Virus record (IMG/VR): IMGVR_UViG_3300033153_016044
Location: 1 to 64,000 of that record
Direction: 5' to 3' (one strand)
From: a virus
DNA length: 64,000 nt
Both the position numbers and the translations under genes were made by a program. A model generated the notes under the pieces. The model did not search any database, was not told the DNA's origin, and was given only the letters and a program-made list of their open reading frames with translations. Below, one piece after another: positions 26,862 to 35,917 of this stretch (position 1 is its first letter; every line of letters starts with the position of its first letter).

Positions 26862-27649
26862 TCACCTTGGTGCATCTTTCTATATTGTTTCCAGCCAACA
26901 AAATTACCAGACCTATGTTCTGGATTCCTGGCGGCCAGCGCTACGTGTTCAAATGGGGACCAGTGTCCGTGACCACTACCTGTAAGCAGTCTCTCATGTA
27001 GAGTCAAGTCTTTGTCAATGTTTCTTTTACCATCATGAGTTAGGTAGGAAACACGAGCACATCTAGCAACGCTAATTTTCTTCTTAACGTCTAGTGGCAC
27101 ATCTTCTTCATCTTCCTGAACGTATGGCAAATGCCATATGCGCTGAACTGGCCTAGAATTTTCTCTCGCTTCAAACATCATGTTTGCCAAATGATGAATT
27201 TCTGGCTGAGCATCTTCATGCCTACGCAATCCATAGAAGTTATCCCACTCTGTGGCTGTGCAGATAACTGTTATGTTTTTCCATGGCTCTATAATACGAT
27301 TAACAATTTGTTTATGGGCATTTAAATTCTTTAGACAATGTGCATGATGAACTGCTTCGTCTCTAGCCTTCAGCCACATCTTCTTTGCAAGCTCAACCTC
27401 TTTAATCTCTTCCTTTGCAGCCATACCTCTTTTGTTCTTGCCCCAATAGACAGGCATGGCCGGGTCATTAAGAACCATATCTATCATCTTACGGGTAGGG
27501 ATAGCTCTACTGCTGGCTGCGTTTCTACTAAACATTCTGTGTGTCATAAACTCAGCATGAATAAAACGAGGATAAGTAAGCTCCATAGTTATTAGACGTG
27601 GTCCTGCTATACTAACTGAATCAAGAATAATCTCTGCCTTAAAACCCAT
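26852..27649 (-). CDS. thyX: Flavin-dependent thymidylate synthase
   Basis: RFIHAEFMTHRMFSRNAASSRAIP, AQPEI, ARCARVSY, HWSPFEH; ATG at 27649 after GGAG. Confidence 0.88.
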   Translation of the reverse strand: MGFKAEIILDSVSIAGPRLITMELTYPRFIHAEFMTHRMFSRNAASSRAIPTRKMIDMVLNDPAMPVYWGKNKRGMAAKEEIKEVELAKKMWLKARDEAVHHAHCLKNLNAHKQIVNRIIEPWKNITVICTATEWDNFYGLRRHEDAQPEIHHLANMMFEARENSRPVQRIWHLPYVQEDEEDVPLDVKKKISVARCARVSYLTHDGKRNIDKDLTLHERLLTGSGHGHWSPFEHVALAARNPEHRSGNFVGWKQYRKMHQGECQ

Positions 27650-28172
27650 GCTTCTTCTGCTCTCCAAGATAAGTAAACGAATCTTTTGGTTCTGGATACT
27701 TCTCTATAATCTTAAGTGCCAACTTATCCATCTTATTAAAGAAGTCCTTAGGCGCCCTGGGTGGTCTATCATCTATGAACTTGTCACAAATCATTCCATC
27801 TCTCATTACAACTAGAGATGCAATAGCTTTCGTTATATGGTTCAAGCCACTATCAGGGTCTAAGTCTTCTCCCTCCCACCATTTATTAAGATGACGAAAG
27901 GTAGCATCCCTATATACGCTGGCACGTACACCATCAACACGATAATTATGTCTTCCATACTTCCTTGCTCCTTCCAGCATAGCACATCCAATCTCGGCTA
28001 TAACCGTTCCAGGCACGGTAGATATGGGAGCCTTCTTAACTCCTACTGAATCCTTGGGGTTAGTCTTCTTGCCTTCTGGTGTTTGCATTTTTCTAATGGC
28101 CTCGTTAATTATATCCAGGCTAACCTCGGGAAGCAGAGGAATGTTCCCTGGCCCCGGTCCGTATACCGGCAT
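27639..28172 (-). CDS. dATP/dGTP diphosphohydrolase domain protein (DUF5664-like)
   Basis: NPKD..G.KK.P, GARKYGRHNYR, RHL..WWEGEDLDPDSGLNH. Confidence 0.85.
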   Translation of the reverse strand: MPVYGPGPGNIPLLPEVSLDIINEAIRKMQTPEGKKTNPKDSVGVKKAPISTVPGTVIAEIGCAMLEGARKYGRHNYRVDGVRASVYRDATFRHLNKWWEGEDLDPDSGLNHITKAIASLVVMRDGMICDKFIDDRPPRAPKDFFNKMDKLALKIIEKYPEPKDSFTYLGEQKKHGF

Positions 28173-28732
28173 TAAATTGCCTCTGCTAATAGGAAATCAT
28201 CCCAATCTTTAATTCTCTCAACATTATGATGTTCTATCTTTCTATTATAAGGATAGTCTACACAATAGATGTATGCCTCTGTGTGGTCAGCAATATCCAT
28301 TATGTTAGCATCTGAATCCTCAATGAAGACACCAATGTTAAGCTTGTTAATCAGTGGCGACTTAGAACCATCTGTAAAGAATAGGTTCTTACTAGATGGG
28401 AATCCATTCTCTCTGAGTGCAGCAATCGTATCTTGTCTAGCATACTCTGGCCGGTTGGTAATGTAAAAGATTTCATGACCACCACTCTCAATTCTCTCAA
28501 GCGCATCTATTGTTCCTGCCAAAACAGGCAAGGTTCTATATCCACCAGAGTAACCGAACTTGTGAAACTCATCAAAGAACTGTTCCTTGCTAAGACCTTC
28601 TGTTATCTTGTACCAATAGTAGTCAGTAATGTCTTCCTTTGTTAAGCTTAGATTGAATACATCATTAAGACGATTTATAAATACATCAAGGAAGTCAAAA
28701 CAAACTCCATCTAAATCTACTCCATACCTCAT
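28172..28732 (-). CDS. HAD-family 5'(3')-deoxyribonucleotidase
   Basis: VDLDGV, YITNR, FIED, YPYN. Confidence 0.85.
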   Translation of the reverse strand: MRYGVDLDGVCFDFLDVFINRLNDVFNLSLTKEDITDYYWYKITEGLSKEQFFDEFHKFGYSGGYRTLPVLAGTIDALERIESGGHEIFYITNRPEYARQDTIAALRENGFPSSKNLFFTDGSKSPLINKLNIGVFIEDSDANIMDIADHTEAYIYCVDYPYNRKIEHHNVERIKDWDDFLLAEAI

Positions 28733-29706
28733 GCGAAAATCTCCCTCGTCTTCTCTACTGTTAAATCTCCAACGTCTCCATTTTGTAGGTCAACAACTGA
28801 TACATTAAAGAATGCTTTTGCTGTATTGAACGCCGTCTGTGCGCCTGACCTACCAGCCGTGTCTGCATCTAGTGCAACTATTAATTTCTGTGCACCACAC
28901 TTCGCTAACAAGGCTATCTGTCCGTTGTGTAATTTTCTACCAAAGATTGCAACACCATTATGTATATCTGCATGCTCTAATCTAAGAACATCCAATGGCC
29001 CCTCTACCAAAATAACTTCTTTTGTATTCTTTATATGCGTGGCGGCCCTATCTATATTGAATAGGTTCTCTCCACCAATGAATCCTTTACTGTGAACCCA
29101 CTTAGGAATCTTTCTTTCTTTCCAGTTGGGAAAGAGAGTTCTACCCGTGAACCCTACTATCTGACTATAGATATTTCTAACTGGAACTATCAATCTATTT
29201 GACATTTGCTTGTAATCCTCAGAGGTAGTTCCAATCTGATAACTTTCAATTAATCCCTTGGGATATCCTCTGCCCTCTAGGTAAGGATGGTATAGGAGGT
29301 TCTTAAGTGCGCTCTCGGCATACACTCTTATTTCTTTTTTTGCTCTCTCCACAAACTTCTTGTTGGCACTAAGGTGTGCTGCCTCATCAATGTTAATGCC
29401 ATCTTCCTTAACAATGCTTTCTACAAACTTACAAGCATCTGGAAAACTACAATCTAAAACACCCATTACTAAACCGAACACATCTTTATTAAATCTATCA
29501 TGACAGCCACGAGAAAAGCACTGCCATAGTCCTTTTTCTAAATGCCAGGACCATGCGTCATCTCTATCCCCATTATGAATGGGGCAGGCTGCAGTAACAT
29601 ACTGATAGCGTTCTCTATAGTCAATTCTTAAAGCATCTAGAACACTGACTATTCTTTCTGATGCTATAGACCGCAGTGCTTCAATTTTCTTTCTATTCAT
29701 TACCAT
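28729..29706 (-). CDS. dnaG: DNA primase
   Basis: CPIH...C..C zinc domain, VGFTGR, LVEGPLD, LDAD TOPRIM. Confidence 0.9.
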   Translation of the reverse strand: MVMNRKKIEALRSIASERIVSVLDALRIDYRERYQYVTAACPIHNGDRDDAWSWHLEKGLWQCFSRGCHDRFNKDVFGLVMGVLDCSFPDACKFVESIVKEDGINIDEAAHLSANKKFVERAKKEIRVYAESALKNLLYHPYLEGRGYPKGLIESYQIGTTSEDYKQMSNRLIVPVRNIYSQIVGFTGRTLFPNWKERKIPKWVHSKGFIGGENLFNIDRAATHIKNTKEVILVEGPLDVLRLEHADIHNGVAIFGRKLHNGQIALLAKCGAQKLIVALDADTAGRSGAQTAFNTAKAFFNVSVVDLQNGDVGDLTVEKTREIFA

Positions 29707-31118
29707 TCACTTACGTTTGCCATTCTTGTTGTTGCTTGGTCTTCTAGGTTTTGCCTTAGTTTCTTAACCACTGTTACTATCTCCGAGTTGCGCTTATCTT
29801 CTTTGAACTGACCACATGATTTATCAAAGTGAACATTGACCCACTCGTTATATGCGTGGCCGCATCCGTTGCGTGCGAACCTAGCCTCTAGGACGTGTGT
29901 GCCCCTCGCTGGTCCATCCTCCTGCATCTCCTCTAATCTCTTAGGTCTGAGTATGGTAGCGGAATCTACATTCTCTACGATACGCCTAATGCCAATGTCT
30001 TCCTGCTTGTTAAGCTGACCCAGGGCCATGATTGGTATATTGAGATGCGCAGCGCAATCGTGCAGGCTAGACATCAGTAATCCAATTAGCTGATACTCCT
30101 GTAATCTATCTACGTCTGACGAATCCATAAGCTTAATATAGTCATAGATAACCAGCCCCTTGCCCTCATCTCCTATAATGGGTCCACCTAGATTCTTGTA
30201 TACAAACTTACGTATCATTGGGATAACACTATGAACAGAGCGGCCCGCGATATTTTTATAGAATAGAGGAGCGTCTTTGATTATATCAAATGCCTTCTTA
30301 ATCTTAGCTATCTGCTCTCTGTCGCTCTTCCACTCGCCGCCTTCAATAATATTGTAGGGAATGCCTGTCATGATTCCACATAGTCTCATCTGCTGCTGTC
30401 TAAGCTGAAGCTCGGTATCTAAATACAGAACTGGTTTCCTCTGTATCACCGCTGCTTGAAATGCAGACCACATAGACAACTGAGACTTACCTACCTTTGT
30501 GCTAGCAAAGATTCCTGTTATGGCTCCGTTACGGATATAACCAACGTCCTTCTGCCATCTAGGAAGACCTATATCAATACCCATGGCCCCCTCAAGGTCA
30601 GCATAGTTATTAATGGTCTCTTCAAAACCATCAGCTAAACACTTAACATCATCTTCTCCTGTATCAAGGTTCTTGAGCGAATCTAGAATACTAGTCTCGA
30701 CCATGTTGCGCATGTCTGAAGTCTTGCCATCCCATTCCTCAATATCATCCTTGAGGTCCTCGCACTTATTAATTAGAGCACGCTTAAGTGAGGCTTGTTT
30801 GACTGCTGCAACAAACTTAACAAAGTTACTGGCATTAATGTTCTGTTCGACTATGGCATCTATTAACTCGCCATTTAATGTGTGGTGGTAGAAGCCTTCT
30901 ACATTATTCTGCTCAGCTGTTGCAATAATGATATGTTTATCAATACTAATTGATTCTTCTGATACAATTAAATCTTTAATGATTCCATATATCAAGGCTG
31001 CACCTGTATTAACAAAGTCACCAGGCATTAACACATCATTAATAGTAAAGAATCTATCTGGTTCTTTAATAAGAATAGAAAGTATAGCTCTCTCAGCTGC
31101 GTGGGCTTCTATACTCAT
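29700..31118 (-). CDS. dnaB: Replicative DNA helicase
   Basis: AERAIL, Walker A ASTKVGKS, LYLDTE, IYDYIKL, GQLN, ARNG. Confidence 0.85.
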   Translation of the reverse strand: MSIEAHAAERAILSILIKEPDRFFTINDVLMPGDFVNTGAALIYGIIKDLIVSEESISIDKHIIIATAEQNNVEGFYHHTLNGELIDAIVEQNINASNFVKFVAAVKQASLKRALINKCEDLKDDIEEWDGKTSDMRNMVETSILDSLKNLDTGEDDVKCLADGFEETINNYADLEGAMGIDIGLPRWQKDVGYIRNGAITGIFASTKVGKSQLSMWSAFQAAVIQRKPVLYLDTELQLRQQQMRLCGIMTGIPYNIIEGGEWKSDREQIAKIKKAFDIIKDAPLFYKNIAGRSVHSVIPMIRKFVYKNLGGPIIGDEGKGLVIYDYIKLMDSSDVDRLQEYQLIGLLMSSLHDCAAHLNIPIMALGQLNKQEDIGIRRIVENVDSATILRPKRLEEMQEDGPARGTHVLEARFARNGCGHAYNEWVNVHFDKSCGQFKEDKRNSEIVTVVKKLRQNLEDQATTRMANVSEW

Positions 31119-31560
31119 TCCTTACTCTCCTATCATATATCTTAGACATTACATATATCTTATTCTTTATTGTATCACACACAGGACGGAGCATTTCTAG
31201 TTTAGCTGTCTCTCTATCTAGGATGATTTTCTTCTTTTGAAGTATCTCATTCTTAGAGATTGCTATGGCTCGTCTTTCCTTTGCATGTGAAGCACCATAC
31301 TTACTAGCTAGTGGCGCCACCTCTATATCAAAAGACTCTTCTAGGTGTCGGACACGGGCAGAAATAATTCCAAGCTGACTATGTAGGTAAATATAATAGT
31401 TGGACAAAACAAGCATAAGCTCGTCAAACTGCTCTAGGTTAATTGACCTGACCTCACGGCCCGAAAACTGAATGGCTTCTTTAACCAAGTCAACTTCTTG
31501 GTTCTCTATATATACTAGACCAGCTTCTCTTCGCCAATCTGCTACGCTTTTATTACTCAT
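31093..31560 (-). CDS. Hypothetical helical protein (possible recombination mediator)
   Basis: Coiled-coil character; located between recA and dnaB. Confidence 0.5.
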   Translation of the reverse strand: MSNKSVADWRREAGLVYIENQEVDLVKEAIQFSGREVRSINLEQFDELMLVLSNYYIYLHSQLGIISARVRHLEESFDIEVAPLASKYGASHAKERRAIAISKNEILQKKKIILDRETAKLEMLRPVCDTIKNKIYVMSKIYDRRVRNEYRSPRS

Positions 31561-31567
31561 GTTATAG

Positions 31568-31601
31568 ACCTCTACTTATAGTATACGCGTACATTATTGT
31601 T
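31568..31601 (-). promoter_or_regulatory. Conserved phage promoter-like element, copy A
   Basis: AACAATAATGTACGCGTATACTATAAGTAGAGGT; 28/34 identical to the copy at 33799-33832. Confidence 0.7.
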
Positions 31602-32004
31602 AGTCAGATAAGAGTTTATTTACAATTGTTTCTTCTTCGTCGTCTGCTCTAATCACCACCAATCTAATGTCGTTATATGTACACCATAAGGATTTCTTTC
31701 TATCTCTTGCTTGGGCTAACTTAAAGTTCTCTTGTGAGCCATGAAAGAAGTTGCTGTATTCATAGTGCTGTCTGCCCTGTGCTTCAACTGCTATTCTTTT
31801 TCTGGGTAAGAAGAAGTCAATATACAATCTGTCACCGGGGATATAGAATTCTTCTAGTATTACTTCATTGGGGAATACCCTATCTACAACTTCTCCTACG
31901 GAGAACTGAAAATTACTCTTGCAGTTATCAGAAGACCTCCGAGGCCATTTAGATGGTCGGAGGTCTATCTTGTAAATACGCCCCTCAGTTGAGAGGAATT
32001 TCAT
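31600..32004 (-). CDS. PD-(D/E)XK (DUF559/Vsr-like) endonuclease
   Basis: EEF, IDFFLP, AVEAQGRQH, RD..K. Confidence 0.75.
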   Translation of the reverse strand: MKFLSTEGRIYKIDLRPSKWPRRSSDNCKSNFQFSVGEVVDRVFPNEVILEEFYIPGDRLYIDFFLPRKRIAVEAQGRQHYEYSNFFHGSQENFKLAQARDRKKSLWCTYNDIRLVVIRADDEEETIVNKLLSD

Positions 32005-33008
32005 TAGAATACTTCTTTAATCTTATCGGTAATACTCTTTTTAAATTCGACATCTGTTCTAAACATCTCGATAACTTTTGCTTGTCTGATTCTCTTCTCT
32101 GTTCCATCTTCTTGTGGCACCATATACCAACCATTACTGTAGGGCAGAATCCCCAAGTCTCTGGCGAACTCTAGCATATCTAGTTCTGAATCAATCCCCT
32201 TGCCATAGATGATAGGAAACTCTATCGTTATCTCAGGACGATTAACATTGTTCTTGACTATCTTTGCTCTTACTCTTTGGCCTATTTGGTCACCGTTGGC
32301 ATTTTTAATTCTACCTGCTGCTGGAGCAAATAGCTCTATGCGTTGAGCCGACCTATTCTTTATTGCCTTGCCTCCATGAGTGGTAGTAGATTTGCCAAAC
32401 ATAGCCATAGTAGAGGTTAGGTGGTTAAGGAATATTGTAACACACTTGTTGCGCGCGTTTATTCCTGTAAGCTTGCGTATCATCTTGTGACACAGCCTGG
32501 CTACCAGACCCATACTTTGCTTTTCGAAGTTCTCAGCGTCCTCTACTTCGGGCAGGAGGCCACCCACTGAGTCGAGCACGATTACACAGCCGGGATGTCC
32601 AACCATTAAGTCATACATCATATTCATGGCTTCTTCGCCAGTATCAGGATACAATATAGTGAAGTTAGTTCTATCAAATCCATCAATCATATCAAGCTGA
32701 GCTTCTCTTAGCTTATATTCTAAGTCTATATAAAAAACAAGCTTGCCCATCTTCATGGCGTTGGACGCCACCTCTAGTGCTAAGGTGGTCTTGCCCGTAG
32801 CGTTGGGAGCAAAGACTTCTACAAACTGCCCCTCTAAGAATGGTCTGCCAAGAGCCCAGTCTAACTTAATAGACCCCGTAGGTATATGTTTGAGTTCGTC
32901 ATCATTAAACTCCTTACCTATCTTAACCTTATCTCTCCACTCTTTTTTGAAATCATTAATATCAAAGCCCATAATTTCACTCACTTGTTCTTCTGCGCTA
33001 GTTGTCAT
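32004..33008 (-). CDS. recA: RecA-like recombinase
   Basis: IPTGSIKLDWALG, Walker A APNATGKTT, VLDSVG, GGKAIK, KIVKN. Confidence 0.92.
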   Translation of the reverse strand: MTTSAEEQVSEIMGFDINDFKKEWRDKVKIGKEFNDDELKHIPTGSIKLDWALGRPFLEGQFVEVFAPNATGKTTLALEVASNAMKMGKLVFYIDLEYKLREAQLDMIDGFDRTNFTILYPDTGEEAMNMMYDLMVGHPGCVIVLDSVGGLLPEVEDAENFEKQSMGLVARLCHKMIRKLTGINARNKCVTIFLNHLTSTMAMFGKSTTTHGGKAIKNRSAQRIELFAPAAGRIKNANGDQIGQRVRAKIVKNNVNRPEITIEFPIIYGKGIDSELDMLEFARDLGILPYSNGWYMVPQEDGTEKRIRQAKVIEMFRTDVEFKKSITDKIKEVF

Positions 33009-33352
33009 TTAATTGCCTCTTCTAATTTCTTTTGCGCTCTCACGCCTGCCTTTCTTCCTGCTGACTCAAATAGTTCATCATGACTAATGCCACATAGAGT
33101 TGCTATATTAAGACATACTACAATTACATCGCCCAATTCTTCCTTGACGGCCTGCTTGGGTGTTTGTCCCTTGCTTAAAATCTTCTTTATCTTATTCTTG
33201 CTCGCACCTGTAAATGCTATTACAGCCTCGGCAACCTCTCCTGCTTCTTCACCTAGCTTAAGTGCAGATACCAGAATGTTACTGGGCTTCTTTATCTTAA
33301 ACCACTTAGTGTATTCTTCATGGAACTTATTAAATCTATCTCTCAAATTCAT
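33005..33352 (-). CDS. MazG-like nucleotide pyrophosphohydrolase
   Basis: KLGEEAGEVAEAV...KEELGDV; ATG at 33352 chosen as start. Confidence 0.85.
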   Translation of the reverse strand: MNLRDRFNKFHEEYTKWFKIKKPSNILVSALKLGEEAGEVAEAVIAFTGASKNKIKKILSKGQTPKQAVKEELGDVIVVCLNIATLCGISHDELFESAGRKAGVRAQKKLEEAIK

Positions 33353-33764
33353 CGAGCTTCTCAAACAGTCCTTTCTTCCTAATAGAAAAACGAGGCTCAC
33401 GAAGGTCCACGACCTCACGAGTCTCGTTCTTTATTTCAGAAGTGTCTTTGGGTTGAGCTAGCCTAGAGTCCCTAGCCGATTCCTTTTGTAGGAAAAATTC
33501 TAACTGTGCGTAATCTGTAAAGGTATTAATTTGAACATTGTTAGCCACTGTCACAACAGCCTTAGGTCCATAGTTCTTAAGGAACTTTGACACTGCTCTA
33601 ACTTCTTTTGTATACAGGCCCTTCCAATACTTGTGTCTCCAAAAATATGGACGTAGACTAGTTAGTCCATACTGTCTTACTAGCATTAGTTCTGCTATGT
33701 AGGACCTGAGTTGCATTTTATGACCATCTGTGGTTTGAGATAACACTTTAATTTTCTTAGGCAC
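33336..33764 (-). CDS. Hypothetical protein
   Basis: GGAG SD + GTG; first gene after the promoter-like element. Confidence 0.7.
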   Translation of the reverse strand: MPKKIKVLSQTTDGHKMQLRSYIAELMLVRQYGLTSLRPYFWRHKYWKGLYTKEVRAVSKFLKNYGPKAVVTVANNVQINTFTDYAQLEFFLQKESARDSRLAQPKDTSEIKNETREVVDLREPRFSIRKKGLFEKLDEFER

Positions 33765-33798
33765 TAGTACTTCTCCAATCTCTTTACTATAACTACTA

Positions 33799-33832
33799 AC
33801 CTCTACTAGTATGATACGCGTAATTTATTGTT
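33799..33832 (-). promoter_or_regulatory. Conserved phage promoter-like element, copy B
   Basis: AACAATAAATTACGCGTATCATACTAGTAGAGGT at the tail/replication module boundary. Confidence 0.7.
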
Positions 33833-33838
33833 TGTATG

Positions 33839-34114
33839 TTACTTTATCAAAAGCCTTCCAAGAAATGCGCCATGCTCTGGTGTAAACGGAACTACATAGA
33901 GTACCGTATTTCCCTTAGACATATCATGATTTCTAACTGCGTTAATCTTTATCCTTGTAACATCTCTATATTCTTCTGTTTCTTTTGCTTCTTGTCTAAT
34001 TCTAACTAGTGTAGCTTTTTTCATTCTTTGTTCATCACATGTTAGATAGTATTGTGGTTGCCCAACTGACAACTTATTTTTAGGTTGTCATCTTTTTCTT
34101 GGTTTAATATTCAT
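33839..34114 (-). CDS. Small basic protein with in-frame TGA at codon 9 (possible recoding or pseudogene)
   Basis: GAGGA SD, ATG directly after the upstream TAA; MNIKPRKR*QPKNKLSVGQPQ... in frame with the 77-aa track ORF. Confidence 0.55.
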
Positions 34115-35917
34115 TTATTCCTCATTCGCGGCGCATGGTCCGGTATCTTCGTAATCTGGTTCAGAGTTATTACCGCCACCACAACCAACTCCAATATTAA
34201 GTTCTGTATCAGGAGCATTAGAACAAGGAGCTTTGATTTTAACAGGAACACACTGGTCGCAATCAAACTCATTAAGTTTTTGTACGGTTATTGTAGAACC
34301 TGTGGGCTTAGGAACAGCAGGGGGCGAAATCGTTGGTATTGATGATTCACCTCCTATACCATCAATAGATGTCTCACATTCACAAGCAGCAAGAGCTGCA
34401 TTAATCTGTTGAACTAATATAATAAGGTCTGTTCCATGAGTAACTGCAATAGCAACGAGTGCTGCATTAATAGAAGCAGTTAGTCCAGCAAAAGCAGCAT
34501 TAATACTGACTGCAAGCTTTGATGCTGCTCCAACAGCACCACCAATTCCACCAACTAAAGCAGCATTATTACCATCTTGTCTACCTTTTAAATCTTCAGA
34601 GTAACTACTAATCTCAGTACATAAGCCATCTAATCTCATGATGGTATTTATATCATTAGTAACTAAAGTTTCACAGGCTCCAGCAATCAAAGAGCACTCA
34701 TCTATTGCAACAGCAGGCACCCATTCACATGGGGGTTTCTCTTCTGCTTCTCCAATCTCTCCTGGGTCATCATCGCAAGTAGGCAGTTCTTCGTCCATAA
34801 AGACCATCTCTCCAATGAACAATTTAGGCTTAGTTTTTAATGACGATGAATCACAACAAATTTCATCTCCTAAATCTGACAGACTTCTTCCGAACTTTAT
34901 AGGTCCGTCTATTTCGTTTTCTTTCCAGAAGTGAACAGTGCTTCTAATATCTATACCGATACTATCTCCTGTGGTTTCACCACCTAGGATATTTTCTTCT
35001 CCCTTTTTGTGACATGAATCATCCTCTTCAGATGCTTCCTTATGGGGAATAACAAAGACAGTTTTTAATTTAGCAGAACCATCTGTTTCTTCATCGAAAA
35101 AACTATGTTCTAAATGAGTCATTATTTCTGCTGTTTTCTGACCTTCTAGTTTTCCATTAGTCCCGTTAAGAGCAGTAGGTTGGCGAACCCACCATACATC
35201 TTCTAGCTTACCCTTTAGCCAAGGGAACCCTTCTCCTGCATCAGGATTAGTACTGAAGACAGTTGTTCCCAGCCCCTTGCTTTCGTGGTCAACGATAATA
35301 TCATTCCAAGCACCCCATACATTACGTCTTTCATCCCATCTTAAATCAACAGTTCCTACTTTCCATTGTGCTCTATCTAATTTTGCATCCTCTTCATTCT
35401 TTCTTGCATCATCAGCAGAGGGAAATAACGGCAACATGTCCTTTGTTCTACCGTAGCCCTGCGCCATCATAGGCGTTCTCATGCAGAGACCTCTGATATT
35501 AAATAGCTCACCGAAGGTACCAATCCGTGTTCTGGCAGTCTCTATATCGTCTCCACTAACTACATACTGAACTTGTTGTTGTTTCTTGGGGACAGGCACG
35601 AGTTCAGGACTAGGTTCTACTGGCGCCCATATATTGTCTGTATTTGTATTTGGAAATGCGGAAGCATATATTCCTTGAACCGTTATTGTACTCATGGCAT
35701 TTACAATCTTAAATCCATCTACTATAGATAGAAATGAATCCAAGGATGCACCATACGTATCTGACCATTTAGTCTCTAGCGTTCCTGGAGTATTTAGATT
35801 TATAATCATCGGTGCGTCTACGCCTTGCTCTAAGGCCCAGTCGGAACCGGCTATCGCGTATCCTGCTCTGGGTAAATTAATACCGAGCAGCTCATCTATA
35901 TTTTTTTGTTCTGACAT
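34115..35917 (-). CDS. Putative tail-tip/virion protein, acidic and Cys-rich
   Basis: Position after tape measure; Ala/Gly hydrophobic segment with INAA repeats. Confidence 0.55.
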   Translation of the reverse strand: MSEQKNIDELLGINLPRAGYAIAGSDWALEQGVDAPMIINLNTPGTLETKWSDTYGASLDSFLSIVDGFKIVNAMSTITVQGIYASAFPNTNTDNIWAPVEPSPELVPVPKKQQQVQYVVSGDDIETARTRIGTFGELFNIRGLCMRTPMMAQGYGRTKDMLPLFPSADDARKNEEDAKLDRAQWKVGTVDLRWDERRNVWGAWNDIIVDHESKGLGTTVFSTNPDAGEGFPWLKGKLEDVWWVRQPTALNGTNGKLEGQKTAEIMTHLEHSFFDEETDGSAKLKTVFVIPHKEASEEDDSCHKKGEENILGGETTGDSIGIDIRSTVHFWKENEIDGPIKFGRSLSDLGDEICCDSSSLKTKPKLFIGEMVFMDEELPTCDDDPGEIGEAEEKPPCEWVPAVAIDECSLIAGACETLVTNDINTIMRLDGLCTEISSYSEDLKGRQDGNNAALVGGIGGAVGAASKLAVSINAAFAGLTASINAALVAIAVTHGTDLIILVQQINAALAACECETSIDGIGGESSIPTISPPAVPKPTGSTITVQKLNEFDCDQCVPVKIKAPCSNAPDTELNIGVGCGGGNNSEPDYEDTGPCAANEE

